DNA of 28,724 nt from a virus (Duplodnaviria > Caudoviricetes), in the IMG/VR virus record IMGVR_UViG_3300049594_000042, positions 1 through 28,724 of that record. The stretch is one strand, 5' to 3'. Of this stretch, positions 1 to 8,091 are shown piece after piece (position 1 is the stretch's first letter; every line of letters starts with the position of its first letter). A model generated the notes under the pieces. It was not told the DNA's origin and ran no database searches. It worked only from the letters and a program-made list of their open reading frames with translations. Made by a program: the position numbers and the translations under genes.

Positions 1-1858
1 ACATCCCACCGCTGACAGCGGATATTGGTGCTAACTTCCGTATCCTCTCAGCAGTCATCGGTAGTTTAGCAGTCGCCATGTTTCGCGCATCTTCAGCCAA
101 CAGCATTCGCAGCTTATTGGGGTTGGCAACTACATCTGCCGCAGCGCGAGTCACATCATCCACTGTCGCGGCAGCAGATGTCTTAGCTACTTTGTTGGCA
201 ATAGCCACCCAGATATTCAGCAGGTTCGGCAACTGGAATGCGGCCTCATCTCCCATCTGTGCGCGTACCAGATCGCCCAATTTCGTAACTTCTTCGGTGA
301 TTTGAGCTTCATTCTCCAGACCTTTGATCTTACTCATCTGACCCAAGTTGAATACATCAGTCAGGGCAACGTCCGGTCTTCCGGTCACTTTCCTGATCAA
401 TTGCTCCTGCGCGGATAGATTCTCAGTTGCCTTTCTGAATGCAGTAGGAGACTGCTCCATCTTAGCTTTCAATGCGGCACCCACTTCCATCTGTCGTACC
501 GGTCTGGATTGGGAAGCGAACATCCGATTAGCTTGCGCCCACTCAGGAGATGCGGCAGTCAGCCACTCACCAAGATCACCTTTGGCCTTCATTAACTCAC
601 GCGCCCTCGTTTCATCCATTGATACGCCCGTCTTCATCAAACGATTAATCTCTTTATCCATCAATCGGTATTGGTTCTGAAGCGACTTAATTGAGTATTT
701 CTCGTACTCAACGGGGCTATTCATCAATGTGTCTTGTGGCTTACGAATACCAATCTGCGTGGGGCGACCAGCGTTAGCAGCGCTCAATTCGTCGATACCC
801 ATTGCAGATCTAACTCCAGGTTTCTGCATGATTGCATCAAGTGCCGCGTCACCAGACACTTCACCTTTTGGGTAGAGCATACCTCCGGTTTTTGATCTGG
901 CAGTACGAGCTTCGGCGAGAGCAACATCGTCTGCTGACATACCGAGCAATGGATCAACTGCCGCACCGCGACCACCAGATAAGGTGTCTAGCGTACCGCG
1001 AATGGCGGCGGCGCGTTCTGCTGCTTTCTGACGCAGTTGTTCGCCACCCGGCATACGGGACAACACGCTTTCAAGCGATGCTACTCCGGCACCCTCCGGT
1101 GACTGCACTTCTGCCCCGATACGATTCTTCGCAAGTGTTTCACCAGCGGTTAGTGGGGTGCCTAACGCCGAGGTATCTACACCTTGTTTGTTCAGTATGT
1201 TGAGAACCGCAATACGCTCTTCTGGTGTCAGTTGGTCAAGTACCATCTTTTGACCAACAGATGTGCGCCCACCCTTTGAAAATATCGCCAGTAGTGACTT
1301 GGCTACGTTCTTAGCCTTTGGAGTCAATTCGGTGATCAATCTTCCTGCACCGGGTATCGCTGCGCCGACCAGACCGGATATTTCAGCGGCATCCATGCGC
1401 TCTCTGGCACCCTCAACGCCGGTTGCTCCAGCCGCTGAAGCCGCCCCATACGCAGCGCCAGAGGCACCTAAACCTAACGCTTGTTTTGCGGTACCAGTGA
1501 GTTTAGAAAGCGGACCGCCCATCAACCATGCTTCAGGCTGAAGAATGCTACCTACAATATTCCCTTCACGCTTGTTCTTTGCGATCTTTTCAGCAAGGTC
1601 TTTATTACCTAGCAATTCAGCGCCAACCTGCACTGCGCCCATCAATGGTCCAGATGCGGCACTTTGAAGAGTCTGACGGAGTGCAGTTTCTTCTTCTGGG
1701 TACAGGATAGTTCCAGCTTTGATACGGGAAGCAATAGATCCACGATCCATCTGCTCAAGAATGGATGGTTCAGAAGTCGGTGCTGACGGGACGGCGGGAG
1801 CGGCTTGTTCAGCCTCCAATCTTAACCGGAATTCAAACTCTTCCTGTTCAGTCATCAT
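1..1858 (-). CDS. Large internal virion / DNA ejection protein, truncated at the window edge (>=619 aa)
   Basis: Hand-translated and missing from the ORF track. ATG at 1858 (or 1855) overlaps the TGA of the upstream gene, and the frame is open to base 2: MMTEQEEFEFRLRLEAEQ...GASGAAYGAASAAG...SPEWAQANRMFASQSRPVRQMEVG...FQLPNLLNIWVAIANKV. Helical, Ala/Gly-rich, third of three ejection-type genes; function inferred from position and composition. Confidence 0.8.
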   Translation of the reverse strand, partial: MMTEQEEFEFRLRLEAEQAAPAVPSAPTSEPSILEQMDRGSIASRIKAGTILYPEEETALRQTLQSAASGPLMGAVQVGAELLGNKDLAEKIAKNKREGNIVGSILQPEAWLMGGPLSKLTGTAKQALGLGASGAAYGAASAAGATGVEGARERMDAAEISGLVGAAIPGAGRLITELTPKAKNVAKSLLAIFSKGGRTSVGQKMVLDQLTPEERIAVLNILNKQGVDTSALGTPLTAGETLAKNRIGAEVQSPEGAGVASLESVLSRMPGGEQLRQKAAERAAAIRGTLDTLSGGRGAAVDPLLGMSADDVALAEARTARSKTGGMLYPKGEVSGDAALDAIMQKPGVRSAMGIDELSAANAGRPTQIGIRKPQDTLMNSPVEYEKYSIKSLQNQYRLMDKEINRLMKTGVSMDETRARELMKAKGDLGEWLTAASPEWAQANRMFASQSRPVRQMEVGAALKAKMEQSPTAFRKATENLSAQEQLIRKVTGRPDVALTDVFNLGQMSKIKGLENEAQITEEVTKLGDLVRAQMGDEAAFQLPNLLNIWVAIANKVAKTSAAATVDDVTRAAADVVANPNKLRMLLAEDARNMATAKLPMTAERIRKLAPISAVSGGM

Positions 1859-3033
1859 TTGACCCCTTGCTGTTGCGCTTTCCATGCCTGATAACGCGCT
1901 TCCTTATCCGCATCATAGGTGGAGGCTTGAGTCGGAGTAGTCTCGTAATCTTTGGACACGAACTGCGACTTGCGTCGAGCGTATATGTCTTTGATCGTCT
2001 TCGCCGCTTCAATCCGCAACTTAATAGGCAAGGACGCATTAGCCAGATTACCCGCTGCCTCTTTATATGAGGCAGTATCTTTGTCCGACTGCGGCCCCTC
2101 AAAGCGGGGGACAATTTTCAGCACCGCATCAGCCAACGGCTGAATCTTGGCGTTAGCTATGTCGCCCTTGGTGGCGTATCCCACACCACGCGCAAGCAGA
2201 TCGACACCGGCACCGATTCCACTCCCCGTCGCCTTGTAGAGAAGACCTGGAGCGTTTTCCGTACCTAGTAGTTGGTTAATGCTGGACTCAGCATCACCAA
2301 TACCACGCAAAGTAGATTTCTTAGCTTCTTCTACCTTCTCAAACGTCGATGATGGCTTACCAATCTTTCCTAAGTTCTTAATTACTGCGCCGGTATTCAA
2401 ATCTACTAAAGTGCTATTTCCCTCATTGTCAGTGACAACTTGTGACCGTACCTTACCTTCACCAGTGCTTACATGGAAAGTCTGCTTGGCGGCTGCTGCG
2501 CTCAGGTACGGCTCACCAATCTCCTGATACTCAGCGGTGGGATTAGTCTTGTCGAACAATACCCGCTGCATATAGCCCGGCTTACCCTTAACACCAACTT
2601 CGGTAACTGCCAGATTCGGGTTTTCACGCAATGCCTTCTGAGCTTGAGCCAATTCCAATGCCATCTTGGTCGAAGTAGCCTGAGCAGCAAGCAAATCTTT
2701 CTTCTTCTGGTCAGCCAACATCATCAACTGCATCTTCAGCTTCGGGTCTTGCACCTGTTGAGCGCGTTGCAGGATGGACTCAGGCGAACTGATGTCCAGA
2801 CCTTGCAAAGCCGCCTGACGAGCCTGTGCTTCGGCTACTTGAGGATTCTGCAAACCGAGCATACCGCCAGCCTCTCTAGCAAGGCCAGCGCCCCCTTGGA
2901 ACAACCCCATTGAGCCACGTTGAGCAGCATTCATCTGGGCGAAGTTGGCAGCAGACTTGTCGATCTGATTCTGCTGTTGCTGCATGGTTTCGTAAGGAGA
3001 GAGGCCGAAAAGCCCCGATACGATGTCTACCAT
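1855..3033 (-). CDS. Internal virion / DNA ejection protein (392 aa)
   Basis: Long ORF with SD AAGGAG; Gln/Ala/Gly-rich helical N-terminus; lies between two other ejection-type genes. Confidence 0.7.
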   Translation of the reverse strand: MVDIVSGLFGLSPYETMQQQQNQIDKSAANFAQMNAAQRGSMGLFQGGAGLAREAGGMLGLQNPQVAEAQARQAALQGLDISSPESILQRAQQVQDPKLKMQLMMLADQKKKDLLAAQATSTKMALELAQAQKALRENPNLAVTEVGVKGKPGYMQRVLFDKTNPTAEYQEIGEPYLSAAAAKQTFHVSTGEGKVRSQVVTDNEGNSTLVDLNTGAVIKNLGKIGKPSSTFEKVEEAKKSTLRGIGDAESSINQLLGTENAPGLLYKATGSGIGAGVDLLARGVGYATKGDIANAKIQPLADAVLKIVPRFEGPQSDKDTASYKEAAGNLANASLPIKLRIEAAKTIKDIYARRKSQFVSKDYETTPTQASTYDADKEARYQAWKAQQQGVK

Positions 3034-3042
3034 GATGTCTCC

Positions 3043-5055
3043 TTAACCCAGATACCCAGACAGCTTCTGTCCGGTGTAGGGATTGTATTGCATCTGCTGA
3101 TTAGGTTGAGCCTGTTGGTTCAGGTAGTTCCCTGCACCTTGAAGCAGGTTGCCCCACGGACTGCCGGCTTGCTGTGCCACGCTACCCACCGTATTGGCGG
3201 CATTCATCATGCCCGTACCCAACAAGCTACCACCGGCAGCGTTAGCTGCGGTTACGTTGCTACCCAAACTGATACCCTGAGTCAGCGCGTTCTGCCCCAA
3301 CCCTTCGATGGTCTGTGCGCCACCCATCGCAGTCTGGTACGGCTGATAGGCTGCTGCCTGAGTACCGTACATCGACTTGAGCAGATCGCTTCCTGTACCA
3401 ACCATACCCGCACCAAACTTGGCGTAGTCCATACCCCCTTGGGTAGCTTGAGCAGCCAACTGGAGGTCTTGCTGACGCTTGGCATTGGCGAACGCTTCCA
3501 TCTCAGGGTTCGCCGCCATCATGCCTGTAGTGGTCCCGCCAGTAGCCAATCCGAGGCGACCTTGCGAGGCTAGACGCTGCTGGAGTTGAGCGTACTCACG
3601 CTCGCGTCCGGTAGCCAACAGAGCTTGCTGTTCAGCCATGTACTTCTTTGCTTGGGTAGCAGGATCAGTAGCCAGGTAGCCTTGACCAAGTTGCATCGCT
3701 CGCTGCGCTGCCGTACCCATAGGGGCCGTTGCTGTTTGCGAACCTTGGAACTGACTCAGCAGACCACCAGAAGTCGCCATCAGCGCATCCTGCTGTGCCT
3801 TCATCTCAGGCGATAGAGTGTAGCCAGCAGAAGTCAGGTTACCCTTGTCATCGTAGCCGAACTGCGACTGACCGAAACGAGTAGTCACCCCGACAGGTTT
3901 GAACTTGGCAGCTTCAGCTGCAATCTTGGCAGCTTCGATCTGAGCGTTAGCCTGAATCTGTGCTGCTTCCTTGGCTGCTTGGGTATTCAGGTAGCCACCT
4001 GCGATGTTGCCGGCAGTACCGAGAAGACCTGCGCCTGTGATACCTGCGCCAGTAGCACCGCTCCCACCTAAAATCGCTTTGAGCGCGTTAGCTGGGCTAA
4101 TACCTGCACTGGTCACACTATTCACCAAACCGAGTGCTGTGTTGGTGTCCATACCCAAGTTACGCAAGAAGTCTGCGGCTTGAGTAGCGTTAGAAATGCC
4201 GGCAGTGAAGTCTGCGGCACCTGTGGAATAGTTGAGCGCATCACCTAGCGATTCGACACCAGTGATGCCGAAATCCGCAAAGTCCTGCGCGGCTAAATCT
4301 GATAACCAACTCATGTTAGAACCTCCTGCTGCCGCATTAGCAGCACCTTGCGCTATGCCAGCGTCCATTACTGACCCTGCGTCGAAAGCAGGGGACGCTG
4401 CGCCGCCTAAATCACCAACCATACCTGGAACAAACGGAGCAACAGCGCCAAGTACGTTACCTTGAGCAAGGCTTGATCCAGCATTCAACCCCATCAATAT
4501 CGGGTTCCCTGTCACCGCTGCGGCGATGGGGAGGATCGGCCCTATATCCATGATCGCTTCACCAAGACCACCGAGAAGATCACCAAGGAACCCACCAAAC
4601 AGACCGCCACCACCATCTTGAGTGTATGTTGTTGTATTCAGTACCGCAGTACCATCAGAGGCCCACGGGTTCATGCTGAATGTCTGATTACCACTACCCC
4701 AATGGTAGAGGTTATCTGCGCCCAATTTCGCATTGGGGTCGCCATAGGAAGTCATGTAAGTGGAGGGATAAATAGTATCCAACACCGACTTCGGCATCAG
4801 GTATCCAGTTGTCGGATCGCTGATTTCCCTACCAGATAACCCTGTAACCCATGAATCGGGGACTTTCACCGCCTGCATGGACTTTAGCTTGCCCATCGCG
4901 CCAGACTGGTATTCTGGGTAATACCACGTATTACCAACCTTTGCGCCTCCCATCAAAGCGTCATAGGGGGCATAGAAATAGGGACCATCAGGTCCGTCAA
5001 TCCATACGCCAGTGTTGCCGGTCCGATTGACTTTGTATTGGGATAAATCAGCCAT
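3043..5055 (-). CDS. Internal virion / DNA ejection (pilot-like) protein (~670 aa), with possible internal start at 4314
   Basis: ATG 5055 with GGAG SD. Gly/Ala-rich hydrophobic glycine-zipper segments followed by a Gln-rich coil (AQIEAAKIAAEAAKFKPVGVTTRFGQSQF), typical of the first podovirus ejection protein. Confidence 0.7.
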   Translation of the reverse strand: MADLSQYKVNRTGNTGVWIDGPDGPYFYAPYDALMGGAKVGNTWYYPEYQSGAMGKLKSMQAVKVPDSWVTGLSGREISDPTTGYLMPKSVLDTIYPSTYMTSYGDPNAKLGADNLYHWGSGNQTFSMNPWASDGTAVLNTTTYTQDGGGGLFGGFLGDLLGGLGEAIMDIGPILPIAAAVTGNPILMGLNAGSSLAQGNVLGAVAPFVPGMVGDLGGAASPAFDAGSVMDAGIAQGAANAAAGGSNMSWLSDLAAQDFADFGITGVESLGDALNYSTGAADFTAGISNATQAADFLRNLGMDTNTALGLVNSVTSAGISPANALKAILGGSGATGAGITGAGLLGTAGNIAGGYLNTQAAKEAAQIQANAQIEAAKIAAEAAKFKPVGVTTRFGQSQFGYDDKGNLTSAGYTLSPEMKAQQDALMATSGGLLSQFQGSQTATAPMGTAAQRAMQLGQGYLATDPATQAKKYMAEQQALLATGREREYAQLQQRLASQGRLGLATGGTTTGMMAANPEMEAFANAKRQQDLQLAAQATQGGMDYAKFGAGMVGTGSDLLKSMYGTQAAAYQPYQTAMGGAQTIEGLGQNALTQGISLGSNVTAANAAGGSLLGTGMMNAANTVGSVAQQAGSPWGNLLQGAGNYLNQQAQPNQQMQYNPYTGQKLSGYLG

Positions 5056-5251
5056 CACTTAGCTCCATACGCGGTCGTCTGCCTCGACGCTTTGGTAGGT
5101 CGATAGGTGCAGATTCAGTTGGAGTATCGGGAACAGGGGCATCAATAACCTCTTCGTAACCTTCGTGCTTTCGCATCCCGGCTATGTCACCCTCAAGCGT
5201 GAAGCTGACGTAGTTCCCCGACCGTTTGCATTTAAACACAACGGGTTTCAT
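5048..5251 (-). CDS. Small phage protein (67 aa) with basic AT-hook-like tail KRRGRRPR
   Basis: SD AGGA upstream; lies after the capsid terminator and overlaps the start of the next gene. Confidence 0.7.
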   Translation of the reverse strand: MKPVVFKCKRSGNYVSFTLEGDIAGMRKHEGYEEVIDAPVPDTPTESAPIDLPKRRGRRPRMELSDG

Positions 5252-5269
5252 TCTGTCAATCCTAAAGCG

Positions 5270-5292
5270 AAAACCCCCTCCGAAGAGGGGGT
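5270..5292 (-). terminator. Rho-independent terminator after the capsid/decoration genes
   Basis: Minus strand reads ACCCCCTC-TTCG-GAGGGGGT-TTTCGCTTT: 8-bp stem, C(UUCG)G tetraloop, U tract. Confidence 0.85.
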
Positions 5293-5303
5293 CGTGTTAC
5301 TCA

Positions 5304-5627
5304 TTACCAAGCGGGTCGTCCGACCAAGAACTTACAGGTCGTCGATGCCAGATCAACAGCACCAGCCGAGTTGTTCATCAGCGTCAGGGTTACAGTGTTC
5401 GCCGCAGTGACAGCACCGCCGATAACTGCATCGACAGTATCCACACCAACAGCAACACCAATCACCATGTCACCCAGAGCAACACCAGGAACCGTGACAT
5501 CCACAGAAGCGAATGTACCCGAACCCGTAGCAGCGTTACCGAAGTTGCAAGCGGTATCAGTAACCGCCCACATCTCGCTGAACGCACCTTGGAACTGCTT
5601 ATTACCTTGTTCAATGACTACAGCCAT
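5304..5627 (-). CDS. Putative capsid decoration / cement protein (107 aa)
   Basis: Directly downstream of the major capsid gene, SD AAGGA, beta-rich Val/Thr/Ala composition, followed by a terminator. Confidence 0.65.
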   Translation of the reverse strand: MAVVIEQGNKQFQGAFSEMWAVTDTACNFGNAATGSGTFASVDVTVPGVALGDMVIGVAVGVDTVDAVIGGAVTAANTVTLTLMNNSAGAVDLASTTCKFLVGRPAW

Positions 5628-5652
5628 GATTTATCCTTTCAGAGAATTGAAC

Positions 5653-5692
5653 TCAGGTAGGGCTTATTGGCGTTGCCTACCTGACTGTCAGG
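5653..5692 (-). promoter_or_regulatory. Structured RNA between capsid and decoration genes (two overlapping alternative hairpins)
   Basis: 9-bp stem TCAGGTAGG/CCTACCTGA (5653-5684) and palindrome CCTGAC-A-GTCAGG (5680-5692) share TCAGG. Confidence 0.5.
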
Positions 5693-5697
5693 GGTTA

Positions 5698-6726
5698 TCA
5701 GGCCGGAACAACGATAGCAAGACCAGCGTAGCTGCGGAGGGTCTTAACACCATAGACCGTATCCGAAGTCACCAAGGTACCAAGGTACTCTTGCTTGTAC
5801 TGAGCCTGGGTACGGATACCCTGCTGTTCAGCGTGAGCAACAGCGTCCTTGTGCATCAGGGTGCAGACGCGGTACTTGGTGTCGGTGTGACCAGTAAAGT
5901 CATACGACAGACCAAATGCGTCAGTACCTGCGCCAGACAGCGTGGTGCTGGAGAAGTTGGTAGCCGTTGCATCGTCGGTGCCTTCGCAGTGCAGCCATGG
6001 CACGTTGGACGAAACGAACACTTCAACACCGTACAGATTACCCAGCATACCGGTCTTGATGACGTTGCCGTTGCCGACGAACGCTTGCTCAGTGAAGCGC
6101 GAGATACCACGCAGAACGGAAGCCTCGACCGGCGGGATCACCAGTTTCAGTTCGTTCGACGGGATGTCGTTGTCTTCCAGAGTCTGGATCGCCTTACGCA
6201 GACCAGCATCAGTCAGGGCAGTACCGTTACCATCAGCCGAACCGTCGAAAGCGGTCGAACCGTCACCACCGATAACGGCGGTTTCCCACACGTTGGTCAG
6301 CGAAGGAGTCGTGTTACCGCTGTTGAAGTAGTGAGCCATGAGAGCGATGTCCTGATCCACTTGCTTCGCCAGAGCGTAGCCGCCGTCATCCGTGTAGAAC
6401 TTACGCATGGACGAGAGAGCTTGCATCTCAGCGATGTCTTCGTACAGTTTGCTGTACTCGAAGTGCTTGTTGATCAACACATCGACCAGAGTCGCGGTGT
6501 CAGCGATCAGCGTGACTTGAGTGTTAGCAGCCTTGGCCGAAGCGGAGCCGCGAGCGGGGACCGGCAGGTGCAGGGTGTCACCCTTCTTGCCTTTGAAATT
6601 AACCTTGGTGACGAGGTTCGCCAGTACGAGGTTCTGTTTGTAACGGGCCAATACTTCATCTGACCACACCTCGGGGATAAAGTTAGCCGAGGTAGTTACA
6701 GTAGTTTGGTTTGAGCCGAGAGCCAT
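5698..6726 (-). CDS. Major capsid protein (342 aa, HK97 fold, P22/T7-like)
   Basis: FIPEVWS N-terminus, KGDTLHLP motif, C-terminal QEYLGTLVTSDTVYGVKTLR; follows the scaffold gene; biased codon usage. Confidence 0.9.
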   Translation of the reverse strand: MALGSNQTTVTTSANFIPEVWSDEVLARYKQNLVLANLVTKVNFKGKKGDTLHLPVPARGSASAKAANTQVTLIADTATLVDVLINKHFEYSKLYEDIAEMQALSSMRKFYTDDGGYALAKQVDQDIALMAHYFNSGNTTPSLTNVWETAVIGGDGSTAFDGSADGNGTALTDAGLRKAIQTLEDNDIPSNELKLVIPPVEASVLRGISRFTEQAFVGNGNVIKTGMLGNLYGVEVFVSSNVPWLHCEGTDDATATNFSSTTLSGAGTDAFGLSYDFTGHTDTKYRVCTLMHKDAVAHAEQQGIRTQAQYKQEYLGTLVTSDTVYGVKTLRSYAGLAIVVPA

Positions 6727-6751
6727 GATAAATTCCTTATAAATGAATGGG

Positions 6752-7525
6752 TTACTTCACGCGACCTTCTGCGTAGGCGGCCAGAATTTCATCATTCATG
6801 GAGTCATACCTCGCAGGGTCAGTCATTTTCAAACGGATGAGATCAGCGCGACGATAGACTTTCCTTCCAGACTCCCCACTACCTCCAGTATCCACTGCTG
6901 CGGCTTGCATCGCCTTGTTCCGCTCGGTCTTCTCGACCTGCTGGACCTGGTTCTGCTTCACCTGACGCAGTTGCTTGAAGGTCGAAAACAACTCATCTGC
7001 CGCATCGACATCGTAAGCGTCGGCTTGTTTGAGCAGTGCAGTTCTCACCTTTGAGGCTTGTACCCACTGAGCAAACTCACTGTCTTGAAGCAACTGACCG
7101 AAGTCAGGGTGCTTTGCCGCCAATGCTTGCCGCGCTTGCTCCTGCCGTGCCTGGACAGCGTACTGCTTTGCTGCCATCACTTCAGGGTTTGTCTCTACTG
7201 CCCGACGAATCGCCTCTTGAGGATTCTCAAAGAAATCGACTTCCTTCGGCTGCTCTACTTCTTTCTTGGGCTGCAACTGTGATCGTAGAAGCTCATCAGC
7301 GAGTTTTCGGACCTCACCCACCTCCAGACCCTGACGGCTGATAACCTTCTCAGCCTCTTGGTGCATCTTGACAATATCCGCTACGGACTTGCCACGATAC
7401 TTCTCAGGTACTTCGGGTTCTTCGGATTTCGGTTCCTCTGCGATTGTCTCTTGCTGTTTGATCTCAGTCTCAACAGTTTCGAGTTCGCCTAACTCGGGTG
7501 CTTCAAAATCTTGCATCTCAGCCAT
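6752..7525 (-). CDS. Capsid scaffolding protein (257 aa)
   Basis: Acidic N-terminus, PEKYRGKS motif, helical, C-terminal EILAAYAEGRVK; immediately upstream of the capsid gene; SD AGGAG. Confidence 0.8.
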   Translation of the reverse strand: MAEMQDFEAPELGELETVETEIKQQETIAEEPKSEEPEVPEKYRGKSVADIVKMHQEAEKVISRQGLEVGEVRKLADELLRSQLQPKKEVEQPKEVDFFENPQEAIRRAVETNPEVMAAKQYAVQARQEQARQALAAKHPDFGQLLQDSEFAQWVQASKVRTALLKQADAYDVDAADELFSTFKQLRQVKQNQVQQVEKTERNKAMQAAAVDTGGSGESGRKVYRRADLIRLKMTDPARYDSMNDEILAAYAEGRVK

Positions 7526-7533
7526 TTGGTTCT

Positions 7534-7590
7534 CCTGCCCTATCGGGTTCCAGGTTGTTCAATAGCCATGTCCTATACGGTTGCATGACT
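7534..7590 (-). promoter_or_regulatory. Scaffold leader with two bulged hairpins, the second overlapping the SD
   Basis: mRNA sense: AGTCATG-CAA-CC-GTATA-GG-A-CATGGCT (7590-7564) and CCTG-GAA-CCC-GATA-GGG-CAGG (7554-7534); the final AGG belongs to SD AGGAG. Confidence 0.5.
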
Positions 7591-7600
7591 GAATAGTTTC

Positions 7601-7629
7601 CTTATATACCTAGTATTAGTCTATGTCAA
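7601..7629 (-). promoter_or_regulatory. Candidate sigma70-like promoter for scaffold/capsid genes
   Basis: TTGACA-17 nt-TATAAG; perfect -35, but the -10 lacks the final T. Confidence 0.5.
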
Positions 7630-7859
7630 GCGTCCCGCCTCGCTTTCTGTTGGGCATTTTTCTCACGGATCGTCGCCCAACGATCATAAGCATCAGGGAA
7701 ACCGGGGTCAGTACCATCCAGAGCAACACGCGGCATACCGACAATACGGTGAGCCTTCTGGCCGCACTCGCAAGGGATGTAATGCACTTGAGTGTCGATA
7801 AACCTTTCGTAACTTGCCCCGCAGGAGTCACATTTAAAGTCTCTCATTAGACGTGCCAT
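7626..7859 (-). CDS. FmdB-like zinc-ribbon protein (77 aa)
   Basis: MARLMRDFKCDSCG...IPCECG; start re-assigned to ATG 7859 with SD AAGGA; such genes commonly sit between portal and scaffold. Confidence 0.75.
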   Translation of the reverse strand: MARLMRDFKCDSCGASYERFIDTQVHYIPCECGQKAHRIVGMPRVALDGTDPGFPDAYDRWATIREKNAQQKARRDA

Positions 7860-8091
7860 TTTCTTCCTTAAGTGTGTTGTAAGCCTCTTCACTGACCTCT
7901 CTGAGCGAGAGAATCCAGCGCATGATGGAGATTTCCCCACGTTTGAAATGTAGAGTTTTCTCGTCCTGCACTGTAGTAATATCGTTGGTCGCCTGTAGCA
8001 TAGCCTCGACATCTTCCAACAGGTCGCGCCATGCTTGGTCGCCCATCATGGCTAGTCGGCGGGTATAGTAAGCATCCAATTCTGGGGTCAT
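7834..8091 (-). CDS. Small helical head-module protein (85 aa) of the type usually directly after the portal
   Basis: AWRDLLEDV...LHFKRGEISIMRWILSL; its ATG overlaps the stop at 8088. Confidence 0.7.
   Translation of the reverse strand: MTPELDAYYTRRLAMMGDQAWRDLLEDVEAMLQATNDITTVQDEKTLHFKRGEISIMRWILSLREVSEEAYNTLKEENGTSNERL

Noticed and set aside
78-1710. Short ORFs on both strands in the track
   Set aside because: Shadows of the continuous minus-strand gene at 1-1858.
5690-5720. Programmed frameshift or read-through extending the capsid protein (T7 10B style)
   Set aside because: No slippery sequence and a tandem TGA TAA stop.
5371-6663. 430-aa plus-strand ORF
   Set aside because: Antisense to capsid/decoration genes; no SD or motifs; expected from biased codon usage.
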